A DNA stretch of 63,297 nt, the filler included, from Octopus bimaculoides (lineage: Eukaryota): NCBI RefSeq assembly GCF_001194135.2. It is 8 parts of 7 records of this genome, joined end to end, with 100 filler letters (N's around TTAATTAATTAA, not from the genome) between each part and the next. Parts side by side here need not be neighbours in the genome. Positions count along the whole stretch, not along the records: positions 20,938 to 37,593 come from NC_069002.1; positions 37,694 to 44,468 come from NC_068984.1; 6 more parts are not named here. The stretch is one strand, 5' to 3'. Numbering within the stretch: the stretch's first letter is position 1; each line of letters starts with the position of its first letter. Made by a program: the position numbers and the translations under genes. The notes under the pieces are model-generated. The model made no database searches. It was not told the DNA's origin and saw only the letters and a list, made by a program, of their open reading frames with translations. This document shows positions 27,121 to 39,600 of the stretch, in pieces.

Positions 27121-27705
27121 CCAATGTTCTATATATTAATACTTATTACTGTATAATAATGTAGTACAGTAAATCAAAATGTATAAACATGAGATCCGTT
27201 TACAGAAGCGAGGTAAATGACAAAGAATCCACACTAAAGACTTGGCTGTTAAAATAAACATGACAGTTATAAGAATCTGTTGGTAAGTGATTATAATTAA
27301 TCCGCTAAAGACTGAGATGTCTTTCCTGCCAAGATAGACTTACATTTTTGAGAAAGTGGCAATAAAAGAATTTATGACATTATCAAAAGGCATTATTGGC
27401 ACAGTTGGGAATTTGTTTACAATTTGTTATGAGAAGTACATTTTCATGGTATGAGAAATACCAAATATTTTGCATGGTAATAAGTTTGCTTCGCAACCAC
27501 ATGGTTTCAGGTTTAGCCCTACTGCGTGACACCTTGGGTTAGCGTCTTCAGCTATAGCCTTGGCAAAAGAACTGATAGAATTAGTACCAAACTTTAAAAA
27601 AGTAGTGGGGTCCATTCATTCGAGTAAAGTTCCTCAAGGCGGAGCTCTAGCATGGCCACAATCTAATGACTGAAGCAAATAAAAGATAACAGACAGGCCA
27701 GATGT

Positions 27706-27921
27706 AAGACGGCGAGCTGGCAGAATCATTAGCATGCCGGAGAAAATGCATTACGGCATTTCGTCCAATTTTATGCTCTATATTCAAATTTCTACGAGGT
27801 TGACTTTACTTTTCATCATTTCGGGGTCGATAAAGTAAGTACCAGTTGAACATTGGAGTCGTTGTAATCGACGTAGGCCCTCCCCTCTAAAATTCTGGCC
27901 TTGTGCCGAAACTTGAAACCA
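27706..27921 (+). mobile_element. SINE family A
   Basis: GACGGCGAGCTGGCAGAATCATTAGC..CGGGGTCGATAAAG..GGCCTTGTGCC. Confidence 0.9.
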
Positions 27922-30534
27922 ACGTTAATCAAACATAATGAAGACAATGCTAGTAAGAATGCTTTTTTAAAGGCACATCATTTTGATTAGGGGGTTAGTC
28001 GATTTCATTAATCCCAGAAATCAAATCGTAGTTATTTTATCGTCCCCAAAATGATAAAAGACATAATAATCTTCAAATTGATAAACAATATTATTTTTAT
28101 TATTTCAACTTTAGGCAGATATCCAGCACTTTTGAAGGGCGGGAATTCGTTGATATCAACAGAATAACTTGATTCATCCTCTATTTCATCGACTCCAGAG
28201 GATTGAAAACAAAATAGATCTTGGAGCGAGAAGAGAAATGGAATAGTTCCTATTATTATAAATATTCTGAGGTTGGTTAAAAACAAAATGGAGACAAAAC
28301 GAAGAAACCAATCAAGGAATGAAATTAGAACATCCGGTCAGATCTCTCATACTTGAGAAAATATTCTACCAATAGAATTAAAAACAAAAAACAACTAAAT
28401 TAAGGGAAAGCATTAACAGATTATCCGTTCTGTTCATCATTCAGTAGACACACACACACACACATACATGCACGCACCACACACACACACACACACATAC
28501 ATGCCTTGGCGTGTATACATACGAATACACACTTACGCCTGAAGTATCTGCATATTTACAACCTTTGGATCCATGTAGATATATTGTAAGAATCTAGGAT
28601 ACAGAAAAAACACTGGCACACAATGAAACAAAAGCAATAACAGTTTTGATAATAACCTTGTAGATATTATCACGTGAGATAAATAAGATAATTTATGGAC
28701 ATGGATTTGATATGCCATGTTCAGCTGACAATATCCTTTCTTTCAATGAAAAGACAGATTTGTTAGTATAGAAACAGAAGTATAATACAATGTGATGTAC
28801 ACATGTAGTGTAAATTATCGTCAGGTGATTTGACCTTTCCAGCAAAATGTTGATCATCATTGGGAGAACTTACCCTGACAAATTAATATGGACACGTTCC
28901 AAATGAAGCAGCGTTCATTTTTCTTACATACAATCTTGCTTTATATAACTGTGGTGTGAGGACCAATTTATCTTTTCGAGACTAAAACCTTATCTAAGCG
29001 AAAGGTTAAATTTAAACTTTAGAAAAGTTCCTTTCTTTTAGATTAGGGATCTGTCATAAACAGTTAAATTATTCTTTATACCATGGCATACAAATTTATC
29101 TAAATTTATCATGAATTTCACGTCCGTGAGTTTATAATTTCAAAGACATTTGAATTCCTCAAACGTTGGAAAATCTGACGAATACATATGTCGAATTCGA
29201 CAATTCTCAACGACAGATTGTAAACAAACTAAACTATTGTTTCGTTTTAAATGCACACACACGTACACAGAACCAGATGAGATAAATTCGAACGGACAAA
29301 TTTTGAGAATGCTTCTATAATTTCCGCAAACGAATACCACGAAGCTTTGAGTCTTTAAAAGAAAATTTTCATCAAGATTTCTTTTCAACACGACTTTAAT
29401 TGAAATCATTGGTTATTAATTATATGCAACGAACAAAGTGTTAAATCACTGATGTTTTATGAGAGGGACATAGAGTTGATCTAACACAGCACTTGAATGG
29501 TACATCGCTAGAGCAGTGTTTCTGGAATGGAGTGCCCCAAGAAGTATTTAGGTTCATCTTGCATATTTTTACATGTAATTTACAGCTTCAAAACAATCTA
29601 TATTATCGAATCAATGGCTAATAAAAAGCCATTTTCCATAATTTTGTTAAACATAACTTATATCAATAAAACGTCTTCTCACATTTGTTCATATTTTGAA
29701 ATTAAAAGTAGTCGAGTTTCATATCGTTTGCGAAGTGCGGCAATAATTCTATATTTAGTCTCTAGTTAAGCACAAAGTAAACAGAAAACTGAGAACCGCT
29801 ACGTCTGACACAATACTTTCTAATTTTAGTTGCTGCTCTATATGTACTGCAATACAAATCTTACATTTCATCCTTCAAGCCATGAGAAAATCAAGTACCA
29901 GTCATGTATTGTTATGATTAGCATCACTGTCATTCAACCACGATGCAACTTCATACTGTTTAAGTGTTACACTCACGATATTAAGATTATGGTTTCGATT
30001 CTTTGACTCTGTTGTGCGTTAACTGGTTGAGCAAAATATAACATTTCGTTTCACGTTGCTCATCGATCACCTGTGGCACACTGCACCCGCTTTACAGATA
30101 ATATCGATTAGATGGAAGGAATGATCTTATATATGGCATAAACACTAGATTCCAATAAACGAATCCTCTGTGCAGCTTGTTCAGTAAGAAGTTGCGGAGC
30201 CATTATTTGTCGTCTACGACAAGAGTTCATATTTCATCAGAGACTTCAACCAAATGACAATGGAACAAAATAAAGGTCCAAATTAAAGCAATACTTTACG
30301 TTTGGAGGGATTCAATCATTGCGTGTAAGGGAACGAGAATAATTAATGCGAAGTCTTTTCTTCCCACAATTAACAATTTTGGCCTTCATAACCATAGTTA
30401 GTGATGGATTTCTTATCTTTATATTGATGGAGAGATTTAACTGACCTAAAATTAGTGGATTTTTTTATCGAACTCTCTACCGAGTTTGTCAAGCTACTTG
30501 CCTCTTTCGTGTTATTAATACTATTATCATTAAT

Positions 30535-30738
30535 AGAGCAGCGAGCTGGCAGAATCATTAGCACGCTGAGTCGAATGTTTAGGAGCTTTACGTTCAGAGT
30601 TCAAATTCCTCGGAGATCGACTTAGTCTTTCATCATTTCAAGATCGACAAAATAAGCATCCGTTGAATACTGAGGTCAATTTAATTAACTAAGCCCTGCC
30701 CTCAAACTAGCTGGCCTTGTACCAAAATTTGAAAACAA
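30535..30738 (+). mobile_element. SINE family A, internally deleted
   Basis: GCGAGCTGGCAGAATCATTAGCACG..GAGTTCAAATTCC..GGCCTTGTACC. Confidence 0.85.
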
Positions 30739-31000
30739 TAGGGACATGTTTCTGAGTCCCTGAATGCTGGCTAGTCTGGGTGGAGGAGCTTGTCTCCCCC
30801 TCGCAAACTTAAGGACACAGTAATTGTGTCAAGGCCGACAGGAAGCGGTCCAGCTTCCTAGGGCTAAACGGCAGTAGTGTGTTCCCTTATTGGGATTGTC
30901 ACATTAAGTTGACAATATACTACAACTTTATCGCTCCACTACTGCTTAAATCTCTCTGAGAGATTTAGAAATATTATATTTCTAATTTTAATAGTATTAT

Positions 31001-31067
<67 letters not shown>

Positions 31068-31356
31068 TTCATTTGTTATAATCGATAAACTCTCCCTTAA
31101 TAAATGATCGTTTCTATCTGGTCTGTAAATGATATCCAATTGCGTTGAATTGCTTAACCTATCAATTGGCTACATGCAACGGAGTGTCTGTAGTTACTGG
31201 CTGGTTATTATATGAAAATACAATGGACATGGCCAACAGAGACACTGAGAGAAGGAGAGGATGTGTGTGTGTGTGTGTGAGTGAGTGTATGTGCATTTCT
31301 GTGCGTGTGTATGTTTGTGTGTGTGTATGTATGCCTCTGTAGAGAGAGAGAGTGAG

Positions 31357-31403
<47 letters not shown>

Positions 31404-32403
31404 ATGAATGAAAGAAAGAAAGAAAGAAAGTAAGAAAGAAAGGAAGGAAGAAAGGAGACAAAAAAGAGAAAGGAAAACGAGAAAAGCTGCTGAAGAAGAA
31501 ATAAAGAAAGAAACGAAGGACGAAAAGACTAAGAACAAACAACGATTGTTTGATATGCAGACCTGGAATACAAACCGGCGAATGTGGGCCATTCCTACTG
31601 ATAAGACAATGAATGAAGATAGCAGGGAAATTCTGAAGGAAAACACGAGTTACACCTTTGTTGTGGTAAATCATTTTGAAAAGAGCATTGATAAAAAGGT
31701 CGAAAATACTCACTTATCCAGATTTCAAACAATTATACGCAGCATGACGGCTGACAAGATGAACATTTCCAAACATGATGGCCATTAGAGATTAGAAGAA
31801 AAGCAAATGGGTGCAGCAAAGAGGAAAGAATAATATTATGAGGGAGTGAAAGAGAGGAAGAGGTAAAGAACTTGATGATTATCTAGACAACGGAATCAAA
31901 AGGCCCTTTAGCATCATAATGCTTTTTATTATTTAAATTCCAAAGCAATTTCGGAATCAATCTAGATATTAACGTGTGTGTGTGGGTGTATGTGTGTGTG
32001 CATGAGTGTGTGTGGATATGTGAGTGTACGAGTGTGCGTGTATACGCACGCGATATGTGTGTGTGCATGTCTTGAGATTGATACTTATTTTGTTGGGTAC
32101 CTTTGACGAACTGCTATGTTACAGGTACGTAAACAAATTAACACCGGTTGTCACGCAGGGGTGAATGGGTCAAATCCAGACGCGCACTTCTATAATTACA
32201 TATATTCGAGCATTACATTTATACTTACATTGGTACATACATATATCTGTGTAAATATATATATATGCATATGTGTGTATGTGTGTGTATGTGTATGTGC
32301 GTGTGTGAGTGCGTAACGAAAATAAGACAAGGTACAAAATGGTAAAATAATTTTAGTATTTTCTATCTTGCTATATTTTCCTTATACGTATCATCTACAC
32401 ACC

Positions 32404-32450
<47 letters not shown>

Positions 32451-32576
32451 TATTTGTGTGTATGTATGTATGTATGTATGTATGTATGTATGGATGAATG
32501 GATGGATGAATGGATCTTTCTTTGTAAGCTGTTTGAGTGTGTATGACTACTACTCAATGAGTTAGAGTTTCTCGTA

Positions 32577-35500
32577 GATTATTATTATTATTATTATTAC
32601 TATTATTATTATTATTCAGTAGTTTTATTTTTATAACGTGCTTTCACTTCACTACCAAGCGCAGCTCTGTGCGCCTTGGGCATGTGCTGTGGTTTGCTGT
32701 GGTGCTCTTATGTTTACTGTATTGAAAGTGTTTTGCGTAGAATGTGTGCAGTGCCCAGTAGTGCAATTTTCTGTATGTTATATATATTTGTAAGTACAGG
32801 TGTTTTTGTTATGTATTTGTCTGAATATTTTTTTATTATACCTAAGGCACCTACTATGATAGGAATTGTTTCTGTTTTTAGATTCCACATTCGAGTTATC
32901 TCTATTTCCAGGTCTTTGTATTTTGAAAGTTTTTCCGTTTCTTTTAGNNNNNNNNNNNNNNNNNNNNNNNNNNNNNNNNNNNNNNNNNNNNNNNNNNNNN
33001 NNNNNNNNNNNNNNNNNNNNNNNNNNNNNNNNNNNNNNNNNNNNNNNNNNNNNNNNNNNNNNNNNNNNNNNNNNNNNNNNNNNNNNNNNNNNNNNNNNNN
33101 NNNNNNNNNNNNNNNNNNNNNNNNNNNNNNNNNNNNNNNNNNNNNNNNNNNNNNNNNNNNNNNNNNNNNNNNNNNNNNNNNNNNNNNNNNNNNNNNNNNN
33201 NNNNNNNNNNNNNNNNNNNNNNNNNNNNNNNNNNNNNNNNNNNNNNNNNNNNNNNNNNNNNNNNNNNNNNNNNNNNNNNNNNNNNNNNNNNNNNNNNNNN
33301 NNNNNNNNNNNNNNNNNNNNNNNNNNNNNNNNNNNNNNNNNNNNNNTGCTGGGATTTTTCTCTGTCTATTTCTTTCACATTTAGTTTAGCCCAGTATTTA
33401 CCATGTAGGGGCTTTTCTTGCCATCGTTTTATCATGGTCCGTTGCTGTTCTAGTTTTAGCTTGGATTTCATTTGTTTTATAGCTTTTGCTGTTTCTTCTT
33501 CTTCTTTTTCATATTTGTTAGGTAGTATGAAATCTTGTTTGTATTTGTCAGCTTCCTTAAATACTGAAAACAGTTTTTTGTTTTGCTCGTGTTTTGTGGC
33601 TATTTGTATTAGTCTTCCTTGCTTCTGAAGTAGGTATTTTTGCAGTCGTATGGTGGTTATTTTATAATTGTTTTCCAGCTGTATAAGGCCTCTACCACCT
33701 TCTGTACGTTGTACATATATAGCCTTTCTATGTCAGATTTTGGGTGGTGCATCCTAGATCCTGTCATTATTTTTCTCGTTTTCCTGTCTATTTTCGTTAG
33801 TTCATTTTGTGTCCAGTTAAGGATATTGTAACTGTAACTTATAACTGGGATGGCTAAAGTGTTAATACCTATTATTTTGTTTTTAGAATTGAGCTTTGTT
33901 TTCAGTATTGATCTAACTCGTCTATAGTATTCTTTCTTTATTTTCTCTTTCATTTGTGTATGTTGGATCGTATCTAGTTCATTGATTCCTAAATATTTGT
34001 ATGTCTGACTTCGGTCTAATTCTCTTATTTCATTGGTGTTATATAGTGTGATGTTGCTACTCTTAACTAGTTTTCCTCTTTTCAGGGTTGCTTTGACACA
34101 TTTTTCTAATCCAAACTTTATATCTATTTCTTTGCTAAATCCATGTACTGTCTATTGTAGTGTTTCCAGCTGTTAATCATTTGTAGCGTATAGTTTTATG
34201 TCATCCATATATAAAAAGTGGCTCATTGTTTTGCCGTAGCATTTGTATCCGCATCCAGTTCTATTTGCCAAGACAGATAAAGGTGTCAGTACCAAGCAGA
34301 ACAGGCGTGGAGAGAGAGTGTCTTCCTGGAATATTCCTCTTCTAATGGGGATGACTTTGGTTTTCACCAGTCCCCCTTTTGTTTGGAGCTCTAGCGTTGT
34401 CTTCCATTTATTCATAGAATGTCTTATGTATTCTATCATTATTGGTGCTATCTTGTTTATGGCTAGTGTTTCGAGGATCCACGTGTAAGGAACACTATCA
34501 AAAGCCTTTCGGTAGTCGATGCAGGCCATAGTGAGGCCTCTCTTCTTTCTGCAGCTGTCTTCAGTTATGGCTTCATTACTCTTTTACTCCTTTACTTGTC
34601 TCAAGTCATATGACTGTGGCCATGCTGGAGCACCACCTTTAGTCGAGCAAATCGACCCCAGGACTTATTCTTTGTAAGCCCAGTACTTATTCTATCGGTC
34701 TCTTTTGCCGAACCGCAAAGTTCCGGCGACGTAAACACATCAGCATCGGTTGTCAAGCGATGTTGGGGTAGATAAACACAGACACACAAACATATACACA
34801 CATACATATATATACATACATATATACTACGGGCTTCGTTCAGTTTCCGTCTACCAAATCCACTCACAAGGCTTTGGTCGACCCGAGGCTATAGTAGAAG
34901 ACACTTGCCCAAGGTGTCACGCAGTGGGACAGAACCCGGAACCATGTGGTTGGTAAGCAANNNNNNNNNNCCCGAGGCTATAGTAGAAGACACTTGCCCA
35001 AGGTGTCACGCAGTGGGACAGAACCCGGAACCATGTGGTTGGTAAGCAAGCTACTTACCACACAGCCACTCCTACGCCTATATTGATCATTAATTGATCT
35101 TTACAGCCGTATGAGCCCTTGCAGCATCTCTTCTGCTCTTCTGGAAACAGGTTGTTTTCATCCAGGTGCTTACTCAATTTCTGCGATATTATTGCAGTAA
35201 AGGCTTTGTAGATCGTAGGGAGACAGGTTATAGGACTGTAGTTTTGTGGTTTTACCATTTCCGTGGATTTGGGAGTTAGGATAGTTTTTCTTTTCGTGAG
35301 CGATTTAGGCATTGTGTCTGGCTCTGCTAGTATGTCGTTAAAATTTTCAACCAGCTTTTTGTGTAGTCCTGTCAGATATTTTAACCAGAAGTTAGGGATC
35401 TTGTCGTGCCCACGTGCCTTCCAGTTGCTTAGTCTTTGCAGTGTCTGGGTGACCTCTTCAATTGTTCTAGAGGTCCAGAGTTGCTCAGGTGCTAATTTCG

Positions 35501-36695
35501 TTGTTTTTATAGTCCTTTTCTGAGGTTGTTCCTTCACCAACCATATTTCTTTCCAAAATTCTTCCAGTTCTGCTGTTGGTGCTGCAGTAATGTCTATTTA
35601 ATTTTTGCCAAGTTCTTGGTAGAATAATTTTTGGGGGTTGCATTTGAACTGTTTGTTTTGTTCAAAGAAACTTTGGCGTTTCTCATACCGGCGGATCCTT
35701 TGTGCTTTGGCAAGAATATCTTGCTTTAGCTTCTCTTTTACCTCAGGTAAATCTTTTTCTGTAACGTTGTATTTGCACAGTGTTTTTATTTTCTTCTTGT
35801 TACTTAGTAGTGTTGATTGTCTACTAATTTCGTTAAGAATCCATAGATTTTTTCTCTTTATTTAAATTTTGTTTTGGATATTATTTATCCACAGCGTTTG
35901 TTTGGGTCGTGGAACTCCTGTTTGGATGGGTTTTAGGGAGTATCCTGCTTCTTTTGTGGTTGCAGTGGCTGCTGCATATATTATGCAATTTAGCTGAGTG
36001 ATATTGCTAGTTGTTTCTGTGGTTGTTAGTTCCGTGACGGCCATGTTCATGCTATTTGATGTTGTTTTATTGTCTATTTTGATTTTTGTGGTCCATTCTG
36101 AGATCTGTGGTTTTCAGTTCTTTGATTATTCGCATTTTTATAGTATCATAATTATTAGGTTCTTCTACACTGTTTCCAGGTTTTAAATTTGTTTTGCCTT
36201 CCTTCTCATTCACATGTTTGTCTGTGGTGTTCTGGATTGGTGCTTTTTGTACATTATTATACATCCCTACGGTCTGGGTTTGTTGTTTTTTGTTTACTTC
36301 GTTTTGGTGGAAATGTTACATTTGTCTTCGTGTTTTACTATCTCAGTGTTTATATTATTTGGCATTCTTGTATGGCTACTATCTACATTTTTTTAATGTA
36401 TTTTTCTTTTAATTGCTCTATTTATATTTCTGTCATTTTTTTTTGCTTTGAGAATATATCTTCGTATGTTAGCTAGTTTAGAGTTCATTGCTGTATCCAG
36501 GTCTTTATTTAGGTTATTTTTGTTCCATATTTTATATGTATGTGTTGTTGAGTTTTCGTTCTTTGGGTAGAGCACTGATGTAAAATAAGCGTGTAGGATT
36601 GAAATATATTCGTCACGTGTCCATTATGCCTTTTTGGTTTTATCTGCAGGATATGAGGAACAACATCCGGCCCATTATTTTGACGGTCATCATTT
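32577..36695 (-). mobile_element. Near full-length R4/Dong-type RLE LINE, decayed, interrupted by a SINE
   Basis: N-terminal WTRDEYISILHAYF..KLANIRRYI; RT NWKARGHDKIPNFWLK, YSPITCLPTIYK, GSYGCKDQLMIN, IDYRKAFDSVP, RRGIFQEDTLSPRLFC, SHFLYMDDIKLYA; KPLHGKYW; C-terminal SKYKDLEIEITRMW..GALG..GTAHILRKTL*; (AAT)n tail at 32577-32615. Confidence 0.93.
34578..35078 (-). mobile_element. SINE family B inserted into the Dong RT domain
   Basis: Complete family B structure splitting KDQLMIN|EAITEDS; ~80 bp duplicated across a 10-N gap (assembly overlap). Confidence 0.9.
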
Positions 36696-37316
36696 TCGTA
36701 TTATTATTTTTTTTTTTTTTTTTAATTTTATGTTTGACTTTTGCTTTACATTTCTACAAGTTGGCTCCAAGTCTCACCCAGAGACCTCAAAAGACTACAA
36801 GTTAGATGGTCATGTTGGTATTATGCTTAGGTTGCTATATATTTGGTTTTGTAAATAGTGTTGTTCTAGAGAATGTTTAAGAAACCATAAGAAAATTGTG
36901 TTTGTGCTGAAATTTGAGATTACAAAGTCAGTATTTTTCGTAGGATGTGGGCAGTTTCCATAAGCACTATCTTTTGAATTTCTGTCATTTTGGGGTTTCC
37001 TGGTATCTGAGCCAGGTAGCAGTCCGCGCCTCTTGCTATCATTCCTAGGGTACCTATGACAACAGGTATTCTTTTAGGCTTCAGGTTCCACATTTTGCAA
37101 ATTTCTATTTCAAGATCTTTATACTTGCTCAGTTCTTGGTAGGTCTTGACAGATACGTTTATACCGATTGGGACAGTCATATCAATCAGGAGGCATGATT
37201 TTTGTCTGAAGTCTTTCAATATAACGTCTGGCCTATTTGCATCTATCTTTCTGTCAGTTGGAATGGTGACGTTCCTGAGGAGTGAGATGTGATCCTTTTC
37301 ATGTACTGGGGATGGT
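36696..37316 (-). mobile_element. 5'-truncated second R4/Dong subfamily (REL domain + distinct 3' UTR + A/AAT tail)
   Basis: ORF 36920-37339: TDRKIDANRPDVILKD..LLIDMTVP..SKYKDLEIEICKMW..GTLG..TAHILRKIL*. Confidence 0.92.
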
Positions 37317-37342
37317 ATTATCATTATTATTATTATCATGGT

Positions 37343-37593
37343 TCAGTAGTTTTATTTTTATAACGTGCTTTCACTTCACTACCGAGCGCAGCTCTGTGCG
37401 CCTTGGGTATGTGCTGTGGTTTGCTGTGGTGCTCTCATGGTTACTGTATTGAAAGTGTTTTGCGTAGGATGTGTGCTGTGCCCAGTAGTGCAATTTTCTG
37501 TATGTTATATATCTATATTTTATATGTATGTGTTGTTGCGTTTTCGTTTTTTGGGTAGAGCACTGCTGTGAAATAGGCGTGTAGGATCGAAAT
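37343..37593 (-). mobile_element. Internally deleted derivative of the 32577-36695 Dong element
   Basis: 37343-37512 matches 32616-32785 (3' end); 37513-37593 matches 36526-36605 (5' ORF region); joined at TATATTT. Confidence 0.85.
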
Positions 37594-37692
37594 NNNNNNN
37601 NNNNNNNNNNNNNNNNNNNNNNNNNNNNNNNNNNNNNTTAATTAATTAANNNNNNNNNNNNNNNNNNNNNNNNNNNNNNNNNNNNNNNNNNN

Positions 37693-37862
37693 NATATGGG
37701 AGAATATACAAATAATAACAACAGACGAGGACAGGTGGTGTAAATAACAAAAGTATATATTAGTATGACGCTCGGGAATACGGAAAGTCTTTGACGTTTC
37801 GAGCTACGCTCTTCAACAGAAAGAATACGGAGACAAGGAGAAAAACACGGAGAAAAATAATT
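37693..37862 (-). mobile_element. Penelope-like element terminal-repeat fragment with hammerhead-like motif
   Basis: Minus strand TCTTT-CTGTTGAA-GAGC-GTA-GCTC-GAAAC-GTC-AAAGA. Confidence 0.55.
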
Positions 37863-37984
37863 GAATAGTGTTCAGTCAACGGTCAGGGTACAGGACGTCA
37901 CCAACAGTAAACAATATGAAATACGAAAGCAAATGAGTTCCACACGCAAACAACGAGAGAAACAAATGGACATAGTTCATTTTG

Positions 37985-38120
37985 GACATTACTCTGACTA
38001 TGGCAGCTTTCAAAGATTCTTTGGTGTTATGGGCGTGTTCATTGACCTCTCTCAACAACGTTCCACATGCATTAGTCCAATGGTTTGAGATTGTCTTTCT
38101 GAAGCAGCACCCCAACTAAT
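37985..38120 (-). mobile_element. Tc1/mariner-superfamily transposase C-terminal relic
   Basis: LKPLD*CMWNVVERE / EVNEHAHNTKESLKAAIVRVMSKMN resembles LNPLDY.VW..VE.EVN..HNT..SLKAAI. Confidence 0.7.
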
Positions 38121-39358
38121 TTTATCTACGAGGCACCACTGGAACAGTGCTAAAGAAAACAACAATTATAAAACACTGTGATAAAAACATTTGTCGTATT
38201 TATTCAGATAACATTGGAAAGAAATGAATTTAGCTGACAATCTAATTTATTAATGATTTCGCTGCCAAACTATTGCAATTTTTTATTGTTCTTCAACTGG
38301 ATGTCTTCTTTCTCTTGCTTCTATTCAATGTTTTCAGCATATTGTACCATTCCTCCACCCTTCTTCTATATTCACCTGGAGTTTCACTCCAGAAATGAAT
38401 AAAGTTACATTTATCCTCTTCACAGTGTTCATTTACCATTTCGTATATTTGCAACTTACCTGTTATGACTCATCTATATCTTAAGTTTAGTAATGTGATT
38501 TGTCTTCTCCCTAACACTTCCTGTAAACGTTAAGATTTTTCTATGCAGGTAGTTGTTTAGTGTGATCAAGTGGTTTGGGTACTGCACTCATAAACATATC
38601 ATAAGTTTTTACCCCATTGGGGGAAATTTACTCCAGTTTGCCTACCCCTGTACTAGGCTGTTAGGTAAATTCCTTCCTTTTTCTTTTTGGGCGGTGATGG
38701 TGGTGGGGCATTTCATTTTAATATTTTCCGATGCTATTTGAATAATGGTGAAGTATATTTTTCTCGCAGTCTTTTTTCTTTTCTTTCTTTATTTTGTGTA
38801 GCTCCATTCTCACTCTACAACTTCTGTTTATCGTTTTAGAAATTTGAATAAATTTTACCTCTTTTCAGACACATGAGGATGGAATCCCAAGGGTCCACGT
38901 CAGTACCTATGTCTCTTGCCGTAGCCATCTTGTAACTCATACAAAGCGATGATACAACAAGCAGCCATCTTTGGCATATGATTGACCTCAATTTATATAC
39001 TGCAAATGACAGAGACAATGAGTGGATGCAGTGGAGGAAGAAATACGAATTTCGGTTGAGAAAATACCGACATGATAACTGTGAAGAGATGAAAATTAAT
39101 AAAATCCGCAAATATGAATTAGAGCAGACACAGACTCACATAGAATTAGAAATTATTATAGCTTCGTATATCGGCACAGTGCTGATTGCATAGCTACTCA
39201 CAGACGGGTGTATCTACACACAGACTTTTGCGCGCTCAAACACACCCACACATATTTCACCATAGACATTGGACAACATAATACACTATACTCTATCTAC
39301 CGACCTACCGCGACGTCTGCCGACGAAGTATAAGTGTACTATAATACAGTATAATATA

Positions 39359-39600
39359 CACAGACATGACAGAAGTAAATAGACACTCTTATAATCATTA
39401 AAATTTATTCAAATCTGAAATTATACTAATTGTTATAATGTGAATATTTAATACTTAGTAGACATGCCCTTTGCATTTTTCAATGTAAGGACCCTATTAG
39501 GGTTGTTACTGATCAGATGACGAATATTCTCTTGCGGAATTTCTTGCCAAGTTTTATGCAGTAATCTTAAAGATCTAAAAAAACGTCCGAAAAATGCCGA
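39359..39600 (-). mobile_element. Tc1 transposase C-terminus plus 3' TIR
   Basis: LHKTWQEIPQENIRHLISNNPNRVLTLKNAKGMSTKY* (cf. W..IP...I..LI.SMP.R..AKGG.TKY); TA|CACAGACATGACAGAAGTAAATAGACAC end. Confidence 0.75.

Noticed and set aside
28130-28175. VDINEFPPF resembling a cadherin DxNDN motif
   Set aside because: Spacing of the hydrophobic and P-x-F residues does not fit, and no other cadherin motifs are nearby
31408-31788. 126-aa Lys/Glu-rich ORF and a GTGAGT donor on the minus strand
   Set aside because: Half is (GAAA)n-derived; the minus-strand mini-exon has stops in all frames; no recognisable domain
38463-38523. 61-nt segment with CAG acceptor and GTAAGT donor (similarly 11400-11455 and 57288-57345)
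   Set aside because: Stops in all three frames; such motif pairs are expected by chance in AT-rich DNA
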